Assembly: GCA_018671245.1 (NCBI GenBank)
Contig: JABHIB010000001.1
Location: 31,888 to 95,887, forward strand
Length of the DNA stretch: 64,000 nucleotides
Direction of reading: 5' to 3'
Source of the DNA: an archaeon
GTDB lineage: Archaea; Nanobdellota; Nanobdellia; SCGC-AAA011-G17; PNOQ01
Under the pieces are notes generated by a model, which saw only the letters and a list, made by a program, of their open reading frames with translations, did no database searches and had not been told where the DNA came from. Both the position numbers and the translations under genes were made by a program. Below are positions 37,705 through 46,691 of the stretch, piece after piece (within the stretch, counting starts at the first letter, position 1; every line of letters begins with the position of its first letter).

Positions 37705-38388
37705 GTGAAAAATGTATGGAGTATCAATATGCCGAGAAAACCTCAAGAAAAAATGAGCGAAGCAGAATTCACAGTTTATTACAAGGGAAAAGACCGAGGA
37801 AATCATAATGATATTGGAGTGATATCTCAATTTTTAGATACAAATTTAATTTTCCAAGATAATACTGAAAGAATTCTATCTGGAGAAAATCAGATAGATT
37901 ATGAAGAATTCAAATTACTAGTTTATGATTCAAAATATCAAAAAAGAAAAAAAGTTTCAGCGCATGGAATTCACAAAGAAACAGAAACTAATTTTTTAGG
38001 AGAATACGCTCTCCTTTCAGATCTAGAGAGTACAAACAATCTATCAAAAATAGTTGCTTTTTCAAGATTTATTGCTGACGAATATATAATTCCGGTTGCA
38101 GAACAAAAACTATCTCCAGAAACATTCGAAACAAATTTTGTATTTTTCGGAGAGGAAGATTTTTCTTCAATAAAAGAAGTTTGGGAGAATGAAGTTATCC
38201 CTGATGTTATCAAATTAACTATGAATGGGGAAGGAGGAAAAGCATATCACGAGCTATCAAGATATGTGAATCTCTTAGAAATAATCCAAAAGGATATGTC
38301 GATAGATATAAGGCCTATGGAAAAATTAGAGAATGCAATAATCAATATAGGTATAATGCAAGGAAAATGTTTGAAGGAGGGTTACTAA
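37705..38388 (+). CDS. hypothetical protein
   Basis: 227 aa. Track start is a GTG. The first ATG is at 37729 (MPRKPQEK). No motif recognized. Confidence 0.3.
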   Translation: MKNVWSINMPRKPQEKMSEAEFTVYYKGKDRGNHNDIGVISQFLDTNLIFQDNTERILSGENQIDYEEFKLLVYDSKYQKRKKVSAHGIHKETETNFLGEYALLSDLESTNNLSKIVAFSRFIADEYIIPVAEQKLSPETFETNFVFFGEEDFSSIKEVWENEVIPDVIKLTMNGEGGKAYHELSRYVNLLEIIQKDMSIDIRPMEKLENAIINIGIMQGKCLKEGY

Positions 38389-39047
38389 ACATGAAAATAG
38401 AAGCAATAATAACTGATATGGATGGAACTCTAGTGCAGTATGAGAATAGTGATTACAAAAGTAGTTGGGACGCCATAGGAAATCGGCTAACTGGTTGGAG
38501 AAAAGATCAATGGTTTTTAAATTTAGATATTTATTACAAAGAAAAAGATAGATTAACTGAATGGTCAGAAGCAAATGCAATACTACTAAAAGGATTAGAG
38601 GTAGAGAAAATAAGAAATGCACTTCTACCAGTACCATATAGTAAAGGTGTTAAAGATTTTTTTAAAAATCCTTCAAGACTAGAAGTAACAGGAATTCTTA
38701 GTGGAGGAATAAGTATAGTTGCAGATGAAATAAAAAATGAGTTAGATATGTATTTCGCACTCTCCTGTAGTTTAGGAACAGAAAATGGTTATTTTAATGG
38801 AGAAGTAGATGTTCTAGATATGTGGAAAAAACATGAAGTGCTTGAAGATGTTTTAAAGAAAGATTATAACATATCTATGGAGAATGTTTGTTACATTGGA
38901 GATCACGATAATGATATATCTGTATTCCGAAGGGCTGGGCTTTCAATAGCATTCGATCCAAAAACACAAAAAACTATAGATAATTCAAATCATACTATCT
39001 ATGATTTTAAAGATGTTAGAGAGATCTTAGGAATATATTCAACTTAG
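38367..39047 (+). CDS. HAD-superfamily hydrolase (subfamily IB, phosphoserine-phosphatase-like)
   Basis: 226 aa. Motif I ITDMDGTLV, motif IV GDHDNDI. Confidence 0.6.
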   Translation: MFEGGLLNMKIEAIITDMDGTLVQYENSDYKSSWDAIGNRLTGWRKDQWFLNLDIYYKEKDRLTEWSEANAILLKGLEVEKIRNALLPVPYSKGVKDFFKNPSRLEVTGILSGGISIVADEIKNELDMYFALSCSLGTENGYFNGEVDVLDMWKKHEVLEDVLKKDYNISMENVCYIGDHDNDISVFRRAGLSIAFDPKTQKTIDNSNHTIYDFKDVREILGIYST

Positions 39048-40790
39048 AATTGCTTTTATTCTTCTTACTCCAGCAGAGCTGGATTTTTCTTTTACTATTT
39101 CAAATTTACCTATCTCTTTAGTGTTTTTAACATGAGGTCCTGTACAGATTTCTTTAGAGATTTTACCTATACTATAAACTGAAACTTTTCCAGAGTATTC
39201 AAAAAGTCCAATAGCTCCAGCTTTTTTTGCTTCACTTATAGTCATCTCATCCATCTTCACCACAATATCTTTTTTAATCCAATCGTTAATTGTTTCTTCA
39301 ACTTTCTTTATTTCTTCTTCAGTTAGTTTCCTATCAAAATTAAAATCAAACCTAAGTCTCTCCGAAGTAATATTTGAACCTCTCTGTTCAATATCTTCTT
39401 TTAGAACTTTTTTCAAAGCAGAATGTAATAAATGAGTTGCAGTGTGGAGTTTGGTAACTTCTTCAGATTGATCAGCAAGTCCAGAACCGAACTTTCCTTT
39501 AGTAGATGTCCTAGATATCTCTTGGTGTTTTTTTAACTCTCTCTCAAATCCTTTAACATCAACTTTAACTCCATTCTCTTCTGCAAGTTCACGAACGATT
39601 TCTAAAGGGAAACCATATGATTGGAATAATAAGAAAGCATTTTTTCCAGATATCTTTCTGTTCTTGGTCATTTCCTTAAATTTTTTAAGGCCTTTTTCCA
39701 AAGTCTGTTCAAATTTAGTTTCTTCTATATCTAGTTCATCTAATATTTTTTTTCTTTTTTCCTTAAGTCCTGGATAGTTTTTAGAATAGATTTTAATTAT
39801 CTCTTTTGATATCTCTCCACAAAGATTTTTTTGAGAGATCCCTAAGATTCTTCCATGCCTTATAGCTGTCCTAATCAATCTTCTCAAAACATATCCTTGG
39901 TCAGCATTTGAAGGGGCAACTCCATCATTAATCAAGAATGTTGCCGCTCTAACATGGTCTGCAATTTTTCTAACTGATATCTCTTCAACTTCGTTAACTT
40001 TATCAAAGCCAGCAAGTTGTTTTATTTTTTCAACTATAGGCACAAAATTACTAGTCTCATAAATTGAGTTTTTCCCCTCAAGAATCATAATAATTCTTTC
40101 AGTTCCCATTCCAGTATCAACATTTTTCTGTTTTAATTCCGAGTATTTCCCTTCTATATCTTTATTATATTGCATGAAAACATCATTCCAAATTTCTATC
40201 CAGTTTGAATCAGTTGGATCAAATCTTTCAGGAGCATCGCCTTTTCCTGCCCAATAGAACATTTCAGTACAAGGTCCACAAGGTCCAGTTTGTCCTGCAG
40301 GTCCCCACCAATTGTCTTTTTTTCCAAGGTAAGCAATCCTCTTTTCAAAGATGCCATTATCTTTCCAAATTTTCACACTCTCTTCATCTTTTGGTGAATC
40401 TTTATCTCCAGCAAATACACTAACTCCTAATCTGTCAACTGGAAGATTTAACCATTTTTTATCTGTGAGAAATTCAAAACTCCAATTAATTGCATCTTCT
40501 TTCCAATAATCTCCAAGTCCCCAATTACCAAGCATTTCAAAGAAAGTCAAATGAATATCATTTCCAACTTCATCTATATCCCCAGTTCTCAAACACTTCT
40601 GAACATTAACCAATCGTTTTCCAGATGGATGTTTCTGTCCAAGTAGATAAGGCACTAATGGGTGCATTCCAGCAGTTGTAAATAAAACAGTTGGATCATT
40701 CTGAGGGATTAAAGAAAAGTTAGAAATCTCTTTATGTTTTTTAGATTTAAAAAATTCAATATATTTTTCTTTCAATTGATTTGATCTCAT
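39039..40790 (-). CDS. alaS: alanine--tRNA ligase, bacterial-type catalytic core + editing domain, lacking C-Ala domain
   Basis: 583 aa. SLIPQNDPTVLFTTAGMHPLVPY...VQKCLRTGDIDEVG...HLTFFEMLGNWGLGDYWK parallels E. coli AlaRS motifs (FTNAGMNQFK, QRCVRAGGKHNDLENVG, HHTFFEMLGNFSFGDYFK). Editing HTATHLLH...C motif near the C-terminus. Confidence 0.7.
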   Translation of the reverse strand: MRSNQLKEKYIEFFKSKKHKEISNFSLIPQNDPTVLFTTAGMHPLVPYLLGQKHPSGKRLVNVQKCLRTGDIDEVGNDIHLTFFEMLGNWGLGDYWKEDAINWSFEFLTDKKWLNLPVDRLGVSVFAGDKDSPKDEESVKIWKDNGIFEKRIAYLGKKDNWWGPAGQTGPCGPCTEMFYWAGKGDAPERFDPTDSNWIEIWNDVFMQYNKDIEGKYSELKQKNVDTGMGTERIIMILEGKNSIYETSNFVPIVEKIKQLAGFDKVNEVEEISVRKIADHVRAATFLINDGVAPSNADQGYVLRRLIRTAIRHGRILGISQKNLCGEISKEIIKIYSKNYPGLKEKRKKILDELDIEETKFEQTLEKGLKKFKEMTKNRKISGKNAFLLFQSYGFPLEIVRELAEENGVKVDVKGFERELKKHQEISRTSTKGKFGSGLADQSEEVTKLHTATHLLHSALKKVLKEDIEQRGSNITSERLRFDFNFDRKLTEEEIKKVEETINDWIKKDIVVKMDEMTISEAKKAGAIGLFEYSGKVSVYSIGKISKEICTGPHVKNTKEIGKFEIVKEKSSSAGVRRIKAILS

Positions 40791-40826
40791 ACAATCATAA
40801 CAGAATAAAGTTATTTAAAAATTTAT

Positions 40827-41222
40827 CTAAACTTTAAGTTCAGACAATCTTTTTCGTATCTCATCTATATCTCTATCTAGGGAGGTTTTCACAACTTTTG
40901 TTTTTTTAATCTGATGAACTTTCGAAACTTCCTTTTTCTTCTTCCCATTCAATTCAATATCTCTCTCAATCTCTTCAACTTTAGGAAGTTGTTTCTCTCT
41001 AATCAGCTTAAACTCTTTTTCTATTTTCCTCATAAGAGTTCTAACTTTTTTCATAAGAGTTATTTTTTTATCTCTAAGTAAACCATATCTCTCATAACTT
41101 TTTAGAATAGAAGTAGAATCTATTGCAGAATGTAGGATCTCTTCTCTCAGAACTGACGGACTTCCTACTCTTACAAAAGTAGTACTATCCTCATTTGCAA
41201 CACCTGCTTTCTTTTTGGCCAT
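40827..41222 (-). CDS. hypothetical K-rich helical protein
   Basis: 131 aa. Basic, coiled-coil-like C-terminus. Confidence 0.3.
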   Translation of the reverse strand: MAKKKAGVANEDSTTFVRVGSPSVLREEILHSAIDSTSILKSYERYGLLRDKKITLMKKVRTLMRKIEKEFKLIREKQLPKVEEIERDIELNGKKKKEVSKVHQIKKTKVVKTSLDRDIDEIRKRLSELKV

Positions 41223-41223
41223 T

Positions 41224-41742
41224 TTAAAGTTCGAATAATTTTTTATCTACAACAAGAAGTTTATTTTTAATTTTATCTATATCGTTGTGCCATTTAGCTA
41301 ACTCTCTGTCTTCTTCAGCCCTTATTTTACTAAGTTCTCCAAGTACACCGTCAGCCTCTTTACACAATCCTTTAATTGCTTCTATAGATTCAATAGCATC
41401 TTTATATGCTTCAATTTTAACAAAGATTGGCTTATCTCCTTCAACTCTTTCTACAGGTCTTCCAACACCAACGCTTACAATTGGTTTAACAATCTTCGGT
41501 AATCCAATTTTAGGCATACCCATAGGAGCAACAATTTTTTTTCGAGGCCTAATCATAGGTTTTTCTACCTCTTTTTTTATTACACCAAGGTCCTCAGCAT
41601 TATACTTAGGATATCCTCTATTTTCAGAAGGCAACTCTGGTAACTTAGGTAATCTTAAATCAGGAATTCCTCCCTTTTTAGCACTAGAAACAGTCTCACC
41701 AAAATCAAATTCTTCTTTTTTCTTCTTTTTGAAAAGTCCCAT
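41224..41742 (-). CDS. hypothetical K/P-rich protein
   Basis: 172 aa. Pro/Lys-rich low-complexity N-half (PKLPELP, PKIGLPKIVKP), helical C-half. Adjacent to the previous ORF (1-nt gap). Confidence 0.3.
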   Translation of the reverse strand: MGLFKKKKKEEFDFGETVSSAKKGGIPDLRLPKLPELPSENRGYPKYNAEDLGVIKKEVEKPMIRPRKKIVAPMGMPKIGLPKIVKPIVSVGVGRPVERVEGDKPIFVKIEAYKDAIESIEAIKGLCKEADGVLGELSKIRAEEDRELAKWHNDIDKIKNKLLVVDKKLFEL

Positions 41743-41892
41743 AATGAATTCCTCCGATACTAAAATTTTATTTTATACATTCTTAAAGTTTCTGTGTTAT
41801 CAATAAGTGGTGAATTTTAGAAAAATAGAAAAATTCTGCCAAATAACAAGCTTTTTAAAGTGTTTTATCCCAAAATGACTAAAGAATAAAAA

Positions 41893-42408
41893 ATGGATAT
41901 CGATTTTGAAAAGATTGGGGATTTGGTAGCAAGATTAGCAGGAAAAGATACTGTCGAACTATCACAACTTATCATAGAGGGGAAGGAGAATGTTTCAGAA
42001 TTTTTACTAGCTGAAAAGCTAGAATTAGGAATAAATCATGTCCGTAATAGGTTATATCGGTTACAAAAACACAATCTTGTTAGCTCAATGAGGAAAAAAG
42101 ATAAGCAAAAAGGTTGGTATATATATTATTGGACGTTCAATCTTGTCCAAGCTAAAAGTTTAATAAAATCTCTAAAAGAAGAAGAGATTGGATCACTAAA
42201 AAAACGATTGAAGAAAGAAGAAGAAGATCATTACAAATGTTCTAGAAACTGTTTAAGATTGAATTTTATGAATGCAATGGATAATGAGTTTAAATGTCCT
42301 CTTTGTGAAGGCATGTTAAAACAAACAAACAATAACAAGATAATAAAAGAGATTAAAAAAGAGTTAGAAGTTTTACTTGAAGAACCTTGTGAAAAAATAG
42401 CGGCATAA
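41893..42408 (+). CDS. tfe: transcription factor E (TFE/TFIIE-alpha homolog)
   Basis: 171 aa. N-terminal wHTH, C-terminal zinc ribbon CSRNC...CPLCEGML. Confidence 0.55.
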   Translation: MDIDFEKIGDLVARLAGKDTVELSQLIIEGKENVSEFLLAEKLELGINHVRNRLYRLQKHNLVSSMRKKDKQKGWYIYYWTFNLVQAKSLIKSLKEEEIGSLKKRLKKEEEDHYKCSRNCLRLNFMNAMDNEFKCPLCEGMLKQTNNNKIIKEIKKELEVLLEEPCEKIAA

Positions 42409-42410
42409 TT

Positions 42411-42980
42411 CTATATTGGGGGACCATTTAGTACCTTAGCACCGTCAAAAGGTCCAAAAGGTATCATATTAAAGAAGAATAATATCATATTCAACATCTT
42501 CGTCATGTGAAGTGCAGCTAACTGTGTTCTATTCAACCCTTCCATCTTCTTAAGTATAATCAAAGCAGTAATCCATAATATCAGATTGACTGCAGGACCA
42601 GCAAAAGCAATTAATCTATATGCTACTGCATCAGCAATAACTGGTATCTCTACATATCCTGGTGCGATAAGAATAAATGGGGAATTTAGTAATTTCATAA
42701 CTAATCCTATTCCTAATCCAAATGGAAACATTTTGAAAGTTGCATTCAACCCATAAGATAATGCAACAAATTTATGTGCTAATTCATGTAACACTACAGC
42801 AGGAGCTGTAACTACAACTGCAAACTTAAAATCTTCCATATTAAATTTATTTGGATGCATCATATCATAAACTGTTTTAGGCCTACTTATGAATCTCCCA
42901 GTAAGTATATATCCTATAACTCCAGTCATTATAATTAATTCAATAATCTCTCGAAGAGTAATCAATACCATATTAATCAT
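42411..42980 (-). CDS. peptidase M50-like intramembrane metalloprotease (short)
   Basis: 189 aa. HELAHKFVA in a TM helix and NMIPFGPFDGAKV second zinc-site motif. Confidence 0.5.
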   Translation of the reverse strand: MINMVLITLREIIELIIMTGVIGYILTGRFISRPKTVYDMMHPNKFNMEDFKFAVVVTAPAVVLHELAHKFVALSYGLNATFKMFPFGLGIGLVMKLLNSPFILIAPGYVEIPVIADAVAYRLIAFAGPAVNLILWITALIILKKMEGLNRTQLAALHMTKMLNMILFFFNMIPFGPFDGAKVLNGPPI

Positions 42981-43072
42981 ATAAAATTGATTAATTTAAA
43001 AGAGTTTCTTTTCTTGTCATTATGACAAAACCAACTAACCAATTTTATAAATAATGTTTCACTCTCAAAAAT

Positions 43073-44296
43073 ATGGTTTTGATTAAAATAGATAAAAAGA
43101 AGCTTTTAGAATCAAGATCTCAAACTTTATTCAAGATAAAAGAAATAATTGGAGAATTCAACAGCACCTCCCCTCCCTCAGTTTTTGTAGGTTCGAAGCT
43201 ACAATATCCTGCAGTAAATGTAGGAATACTCTCACCCCCCGAACAAAAAAAGGATGCTTGGTTATATGATGCACAAAACTATTGGGCAAAGAATGAATTC
43301 AAATTAGAGGACGTAATAAATTTCAGAAGATCACTAATTAATTCAAGATTTAAATCAAATGTAAATGCTATAACTAGTTCCCAATCCAATCTAAATAAGA
43401 AGTTCTTAGAAATCTCACAAGAATTAGCAATGGCAACAAAATCTGTAGATTTAGAGATGGAACTAAAAAAGAAAGCGATGATACGACTAGATTTCGATAA
43501 TGTGAATATGCCAATGGGTCCAAGAGCAGAACTAAAGAATGTAAAACTCACAGAAAATCCAAGAATCCACACAAAGATAGAACAAGTCGTATCAGATATA
43601 GATTTAAAATCAACAGAGGCGATCTCAACCCTCTACAAAAAGAACTTTGATGAACATGCAATTTCAAAATTACTATCTATAGGAATGTTCGGATTAAAAA
43701 AAGATAGGAGATTGGTTCCAACACGATGGAGCATAACTGCAACAGATGATTTAATCGGAAAAAGTTTACTAGAAAAAATAAGATATTATCCGAGGCTAGA
43801 AGAACATAAAATATTTTTTGGAAATTATTTTGGAAATTATTATCTGGTAATTTTACTTCCTGAAATGTTATCTTATGAGTTATTCGAAATGTATCTTCAA
43901 GATTCTGCCTGGAACAAAGCATCTGGGATAAGTATGGCAACAGATTTTGAAGATTTTTTTGGAAGGAAAAAATATGCTTCAAACACAGTCGGTGGATACT
44001 ATGCAGCAAGACTAGCAGTTTTAGAATATTTAACTAAAATCAAGAAGCAGGCATCAATTTTAGTATTAAGATTTGAGACTCCAGAATATTGGGCAAGTAT
44101 GGGAGTTTGGGTTGTAAGATCTGCAGCAAGAAAAGCAATGGAAACAAAAGAAGAAAATTTCGAATCTAAAGATGTGGCACTAAACTATGCATATGGAAAA
44201 ATAAAAAAACATCTCAATTTTGATATAACTCAAATATTGAAAGAAAGTAAAATATTAAATAAAAAACAAATTAGTTTGAATAAGTTTATTTCTTAG
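43073..44296 (+). CDS. Nre-family (COG1602-like) putative DNA repair protein with a C-terminal PIP-like motif
   Basis: 407 aa. RLVPTRWSITATDD is recalled as a conserved Nre motif. The extreme C-terminus QISLNKFIS resembles a PCNA-interacting Q-x-x-L-x-x-F-[FYI] box. Family assignment is from memory. Confidence 0.35.
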   Translation: MVLIKIDKKKLLESRSQTLFKIKEIIGEFNSTSPPSVFVGSKLQYPAVNVGILSPPEQKKDAWLYDAQNYWAKNEFKLEDVINFRRSLINSRFKSNVNAITSSQSNLNKKFLEISQELAMATKSVDLEMELKKKAMIRLDFDNVNMPMGPRAELKNVKLTENPRIHTKIEQVVSDIDLKSTEAISTLYKKNFDEHAISKLLSIGMFGLKKDRRLVPTRWSITATDDLIGKSLLEKIRYYPRLEEHKIFFGNYFGNYYLVILLPEMLSYELFEMYLQDSAWNKASGISMATDFEDFFGRKKYASNTVGGYYAARLAVLEYLTKIKKQASILVLRFETPEYWASMGVWVVRSAARKAMETKEENFESKDVALNYAYGKIKKHLNFDITQILKESKILNKKQISLNKFIS

Positions 44297-44636
44297 CTTT
44301 GGGTTTCCTTTTAGGTTTCTTTTCTACAACTGGCTCTTCTTCAATCTCTTCCTCTTCTTGAACAAACTCTTCTTCAATACTCTCGTTTCTTTCGCTTATT
44401 CCAATCAAGAAGATTATCAAACCTATTAATGCGATAAATGCACCCATATTACCTATAACTAATTTCAAAGCTATGATAAGTTGTGTTCTAAAAAAATCCC
44501 ATCTGACATAGGTATATAATCCACCCATAATCATCATTAAACCGCTTATGATTTTTAATAAATGCTTCATTTTTGTTCCTCCTAAACCGAAATGATAACC
44601 AATCTCAATATATATAGTTTTTGGAATAATTCCCAA
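44286..44636 (-). CDS. small membrane protein with acidic/basic tail
   Basis: 116 aa. Two TM helices then [29 protein letters not shown]. The likely start is the internal Met MKHLL. Confidence 0.3.
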   Translation of the reverse strand: MGIIPKTIYIEIGYHFGLGGTKMKHLLKIISGLMMIMGGLYTYVRWDFFRTQLIIALKLVIGNMGAFIALIGLIIFLIGISERNESIEEEFVQEEEEIEEEPVVEKKPKRKPKAKK

Positions 44637-44679
44637 ATACAGAAACTTTTATAAACCGTTTCATTTCACAAACCATACT

Positions 44680-45252
44680 ATGTATAAACACATTAGAGAA
44701 CTCTGGAAAAAACCTAAGGAATCTTTGAAAGAATTATTTACTGAAAGGTTGATAGTTTGGAGAAGAGATCCAACAATAGTTAGGTTAGATAGACCAACAA
44801 GGTTAGATAGAGCTAGATCTCTTGGATACAAAGCAAAGCAAGGATATGTTGTAGTTAGAATAAGACTAAACAAATCTAAAAGGATGCGTCCATTAATTAA
44901 GAAAGGTAGAAGACCAAAGGCAAGAAGAAGAAAGAAAATTGTTGGAAAGAGTTACCAATGGATTGCAGAAGAAAGAGCATCAAAGAAATTCACAAATCTT
45001 ATAGTTTTAAACAGTTATTTCCTTGTAAAGGATGGTCTTTACAGATGGTATGAAGTTATACTGGTTGATCCTGATCACTCAGTAATCAAGTCAGATAAAA
45101 AAATTAACTGGATTTGTAATGGTAAACATAAAGGAAGAGCTTTCAGAGGATTAACTTCGGCTGGTAAAAAGTCAAGAGGACTTAGAAAGAAAGGAATCGG
45201 CGCTGAAAAGATTAGACCTAGTTTAGGTGCGAATAAGAGAAGGGCTAAATAA
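44680..45252 (+). CDS. rpl15e: 50S ribosomal protein L15e
   Basis: 190 aa. [26 protein letters not shown] matches the eL15 signature region. Confidence 0.8.
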   Translation: MYKHIRELWKKPKESLKELFTERLIVWRRDPTIVRLDRPTRLDRARSLGYKAKQGYVVVRIRLNKSKRMRPLIKKGRRPKARRRKKIVGKSYQWIAEERASKKFTNLIVLNSYFLVKDGLYRWYEVILVDPDHSVIKSDKKINWICNGKHKGRAFRGLTSAGKKSRGLRKKGIGAEKIRPSLGANKRRAK

Positions 45253-45259
45253 TATTTTT

Positions 45260-45508
45260 CTAAATTCTTATAATTTTAATTTTATCTTTATTTAAGGCAA
45301 AGAATATTGTTCCGAGAATCAACAAAATTCCTACAAACATAAATCCAACAGCTCCCAGTAATAATACTAATCCTATCAAGAAAGGGAATATTAAAGAGAT
45401 TAAGATCCTATTTTTTAAATTAAATATCTCCATATCTCCAAGTTTAACAAATATAAATAACGAGACTAACAATGAGATATACAATATTGTCCTACCTACC
45501 ATAAACAA
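45260..45508 (-). CDS. small membrane protein
   Basis: 82 aa, two TM helices. Confidence 0.25.
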   Translation of the reverse strand: MFMVGRTILYISLLVSLFIFVKLGDMEIFNLKNRILISLIFPFLIGLVLLLGAVGFMFVGILLILGTIFFALNKDKIKIIRI

Positions 45509-45542
45509 AAGTTTATAAAGTAAATTTATTAATCTTTCTACA

Positions 45543-46574
45543 ATGATTCCAAAGAAGAAATTAAAGGAAATAAGGGAGTATTTGTTAAAAGCTGAGAATC
45601 CTCTATTTTTTTATGATGATGATCCTGATGGATTATGTTCATACATGTTATTTAGAAAACTAATCAACAAAGGTAAGGGAGTTATTGTAAAATCTGTTCC
45701 AATTCTAGATGAAAGATTTGTAAGGAAAGTAAAAGAATACTCTCCAGATATAGTTTTTGTACTAGACATGCCAGATATATCTCAAGAATTCATAGATAAT
45801 GTGGATGTCCCTATAGTTTGGTTAGATCACCATCAACCTGTAAAAAGAAAAGGTGTTAAATATTATAATCCTCGATTAAAAATACCGAGAGATAACAAAC
45901 CTACTTCGTATTATGCATACAAGGTAGTGGAACAAAATCTTTGGATAGCGACACTTGGTACAGTTTCAGATTGGCACAGGCCAGACTTTGCAAAGAAATT
46001 CATAGAACAATATCCTGATCTTCTTCAAAAGAAATTAAAAAAACCAGAAGAGGTATTGTTTGATAGTAGGATTGGAGAGTTAGCTCTATTAACTTCGTTC
46101 TTACTAAAAGGTCCTATGAATGATGTAATAAGTTCAATAAATGTATTTTCGCAGATAGAGAGTCCTTATGAAATTTTGGATCAGACTACACCAAAGGGAA
46201 AATTATTATTCAAAAGAGCAAATAAGTTTAGAAAGGACTACAAGATTATGTTAGAAGATGCTCTGAAAACAAAGTCTAATGGGAATCTTTTCATCTACTA
46301 TTATCCTTCACAGAAGAACTCATTTACTAGCGAGTTATCAAACGAACTACTTTACAGGAAACCTAAGAAGATAATCATAGTTGCAAGAGAATCAGAAGGT
46401 TATATGAAATTAAGTTTCAGAAGTTCAAAGATAAAGTTACCAAAAAAGATAAACAAAGCTTTAGAGGGTCTTGATGGATACGGTGGCGGGCACGAACTTG
46501 CATGTGGTGGAAAGATAAATACACAGGATTTCGATGAATTTTTAGAAAGGTTCAAAAAATTAATAAAAAATTAA
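45543..46574 (+). CDS. DHH/DHHA1 phosphoesterase (NrnA/RecJ-like)
   Basis: 343 aa. DHH motif VWLDHHQP and DHHA1 GGGH motif (GYGGGHELACGG). Confidence 0.65.
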   Translation: MIPKKKLKEIREYLLKAENPLFFYDDDPDGLCSYMLFRKLINKGKGVIVKSVPILDERFVRKVKEYSPDIVFVLDMPDISQEFIDNVDVPIVWLDHHQPVKRKGVKYYNPRLKIPRDNKPTSYYAYKVVEQNLWIATLGTVSDWHRPDFAKKFIEQYPDLLQKKLKKPEEVLFDSRIGELALLTSFLLKGPMNDVISSINVFSQIESPYEILDQTTPKGKLLFKRANKFRKDYKIMLEDALKTKSNGNLFIYYYPSQKNSFTSELSNELLYRKPKKIIIVARESEGYMKLSFRSSKIKLPKKINKALEGLDGYGGGHELACGGKINTQDFDEFLERFKKLIKN

Positions 46575-46691
46575 TAAATTCTATGTTCTAATTTATACAA
46601 TAAATAATCTAAGTTAAACACTATATATGTTTATATATCAAGTCGATTTAATTTCAATAATCTAAATTAATATTATTTAAGAGGTGCAAAA

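Noticed and set aside
41285-41806. 173-aa plus-strand ORF overlapping the two K-rich hypothetical genes
   Set aside because: It has a Ser/Leu-rich low-complexity translation and is antisense to two co-directional ORFs that fit the local minus-strand gene string. It is judged the less likely frame, although neither frame is proven.
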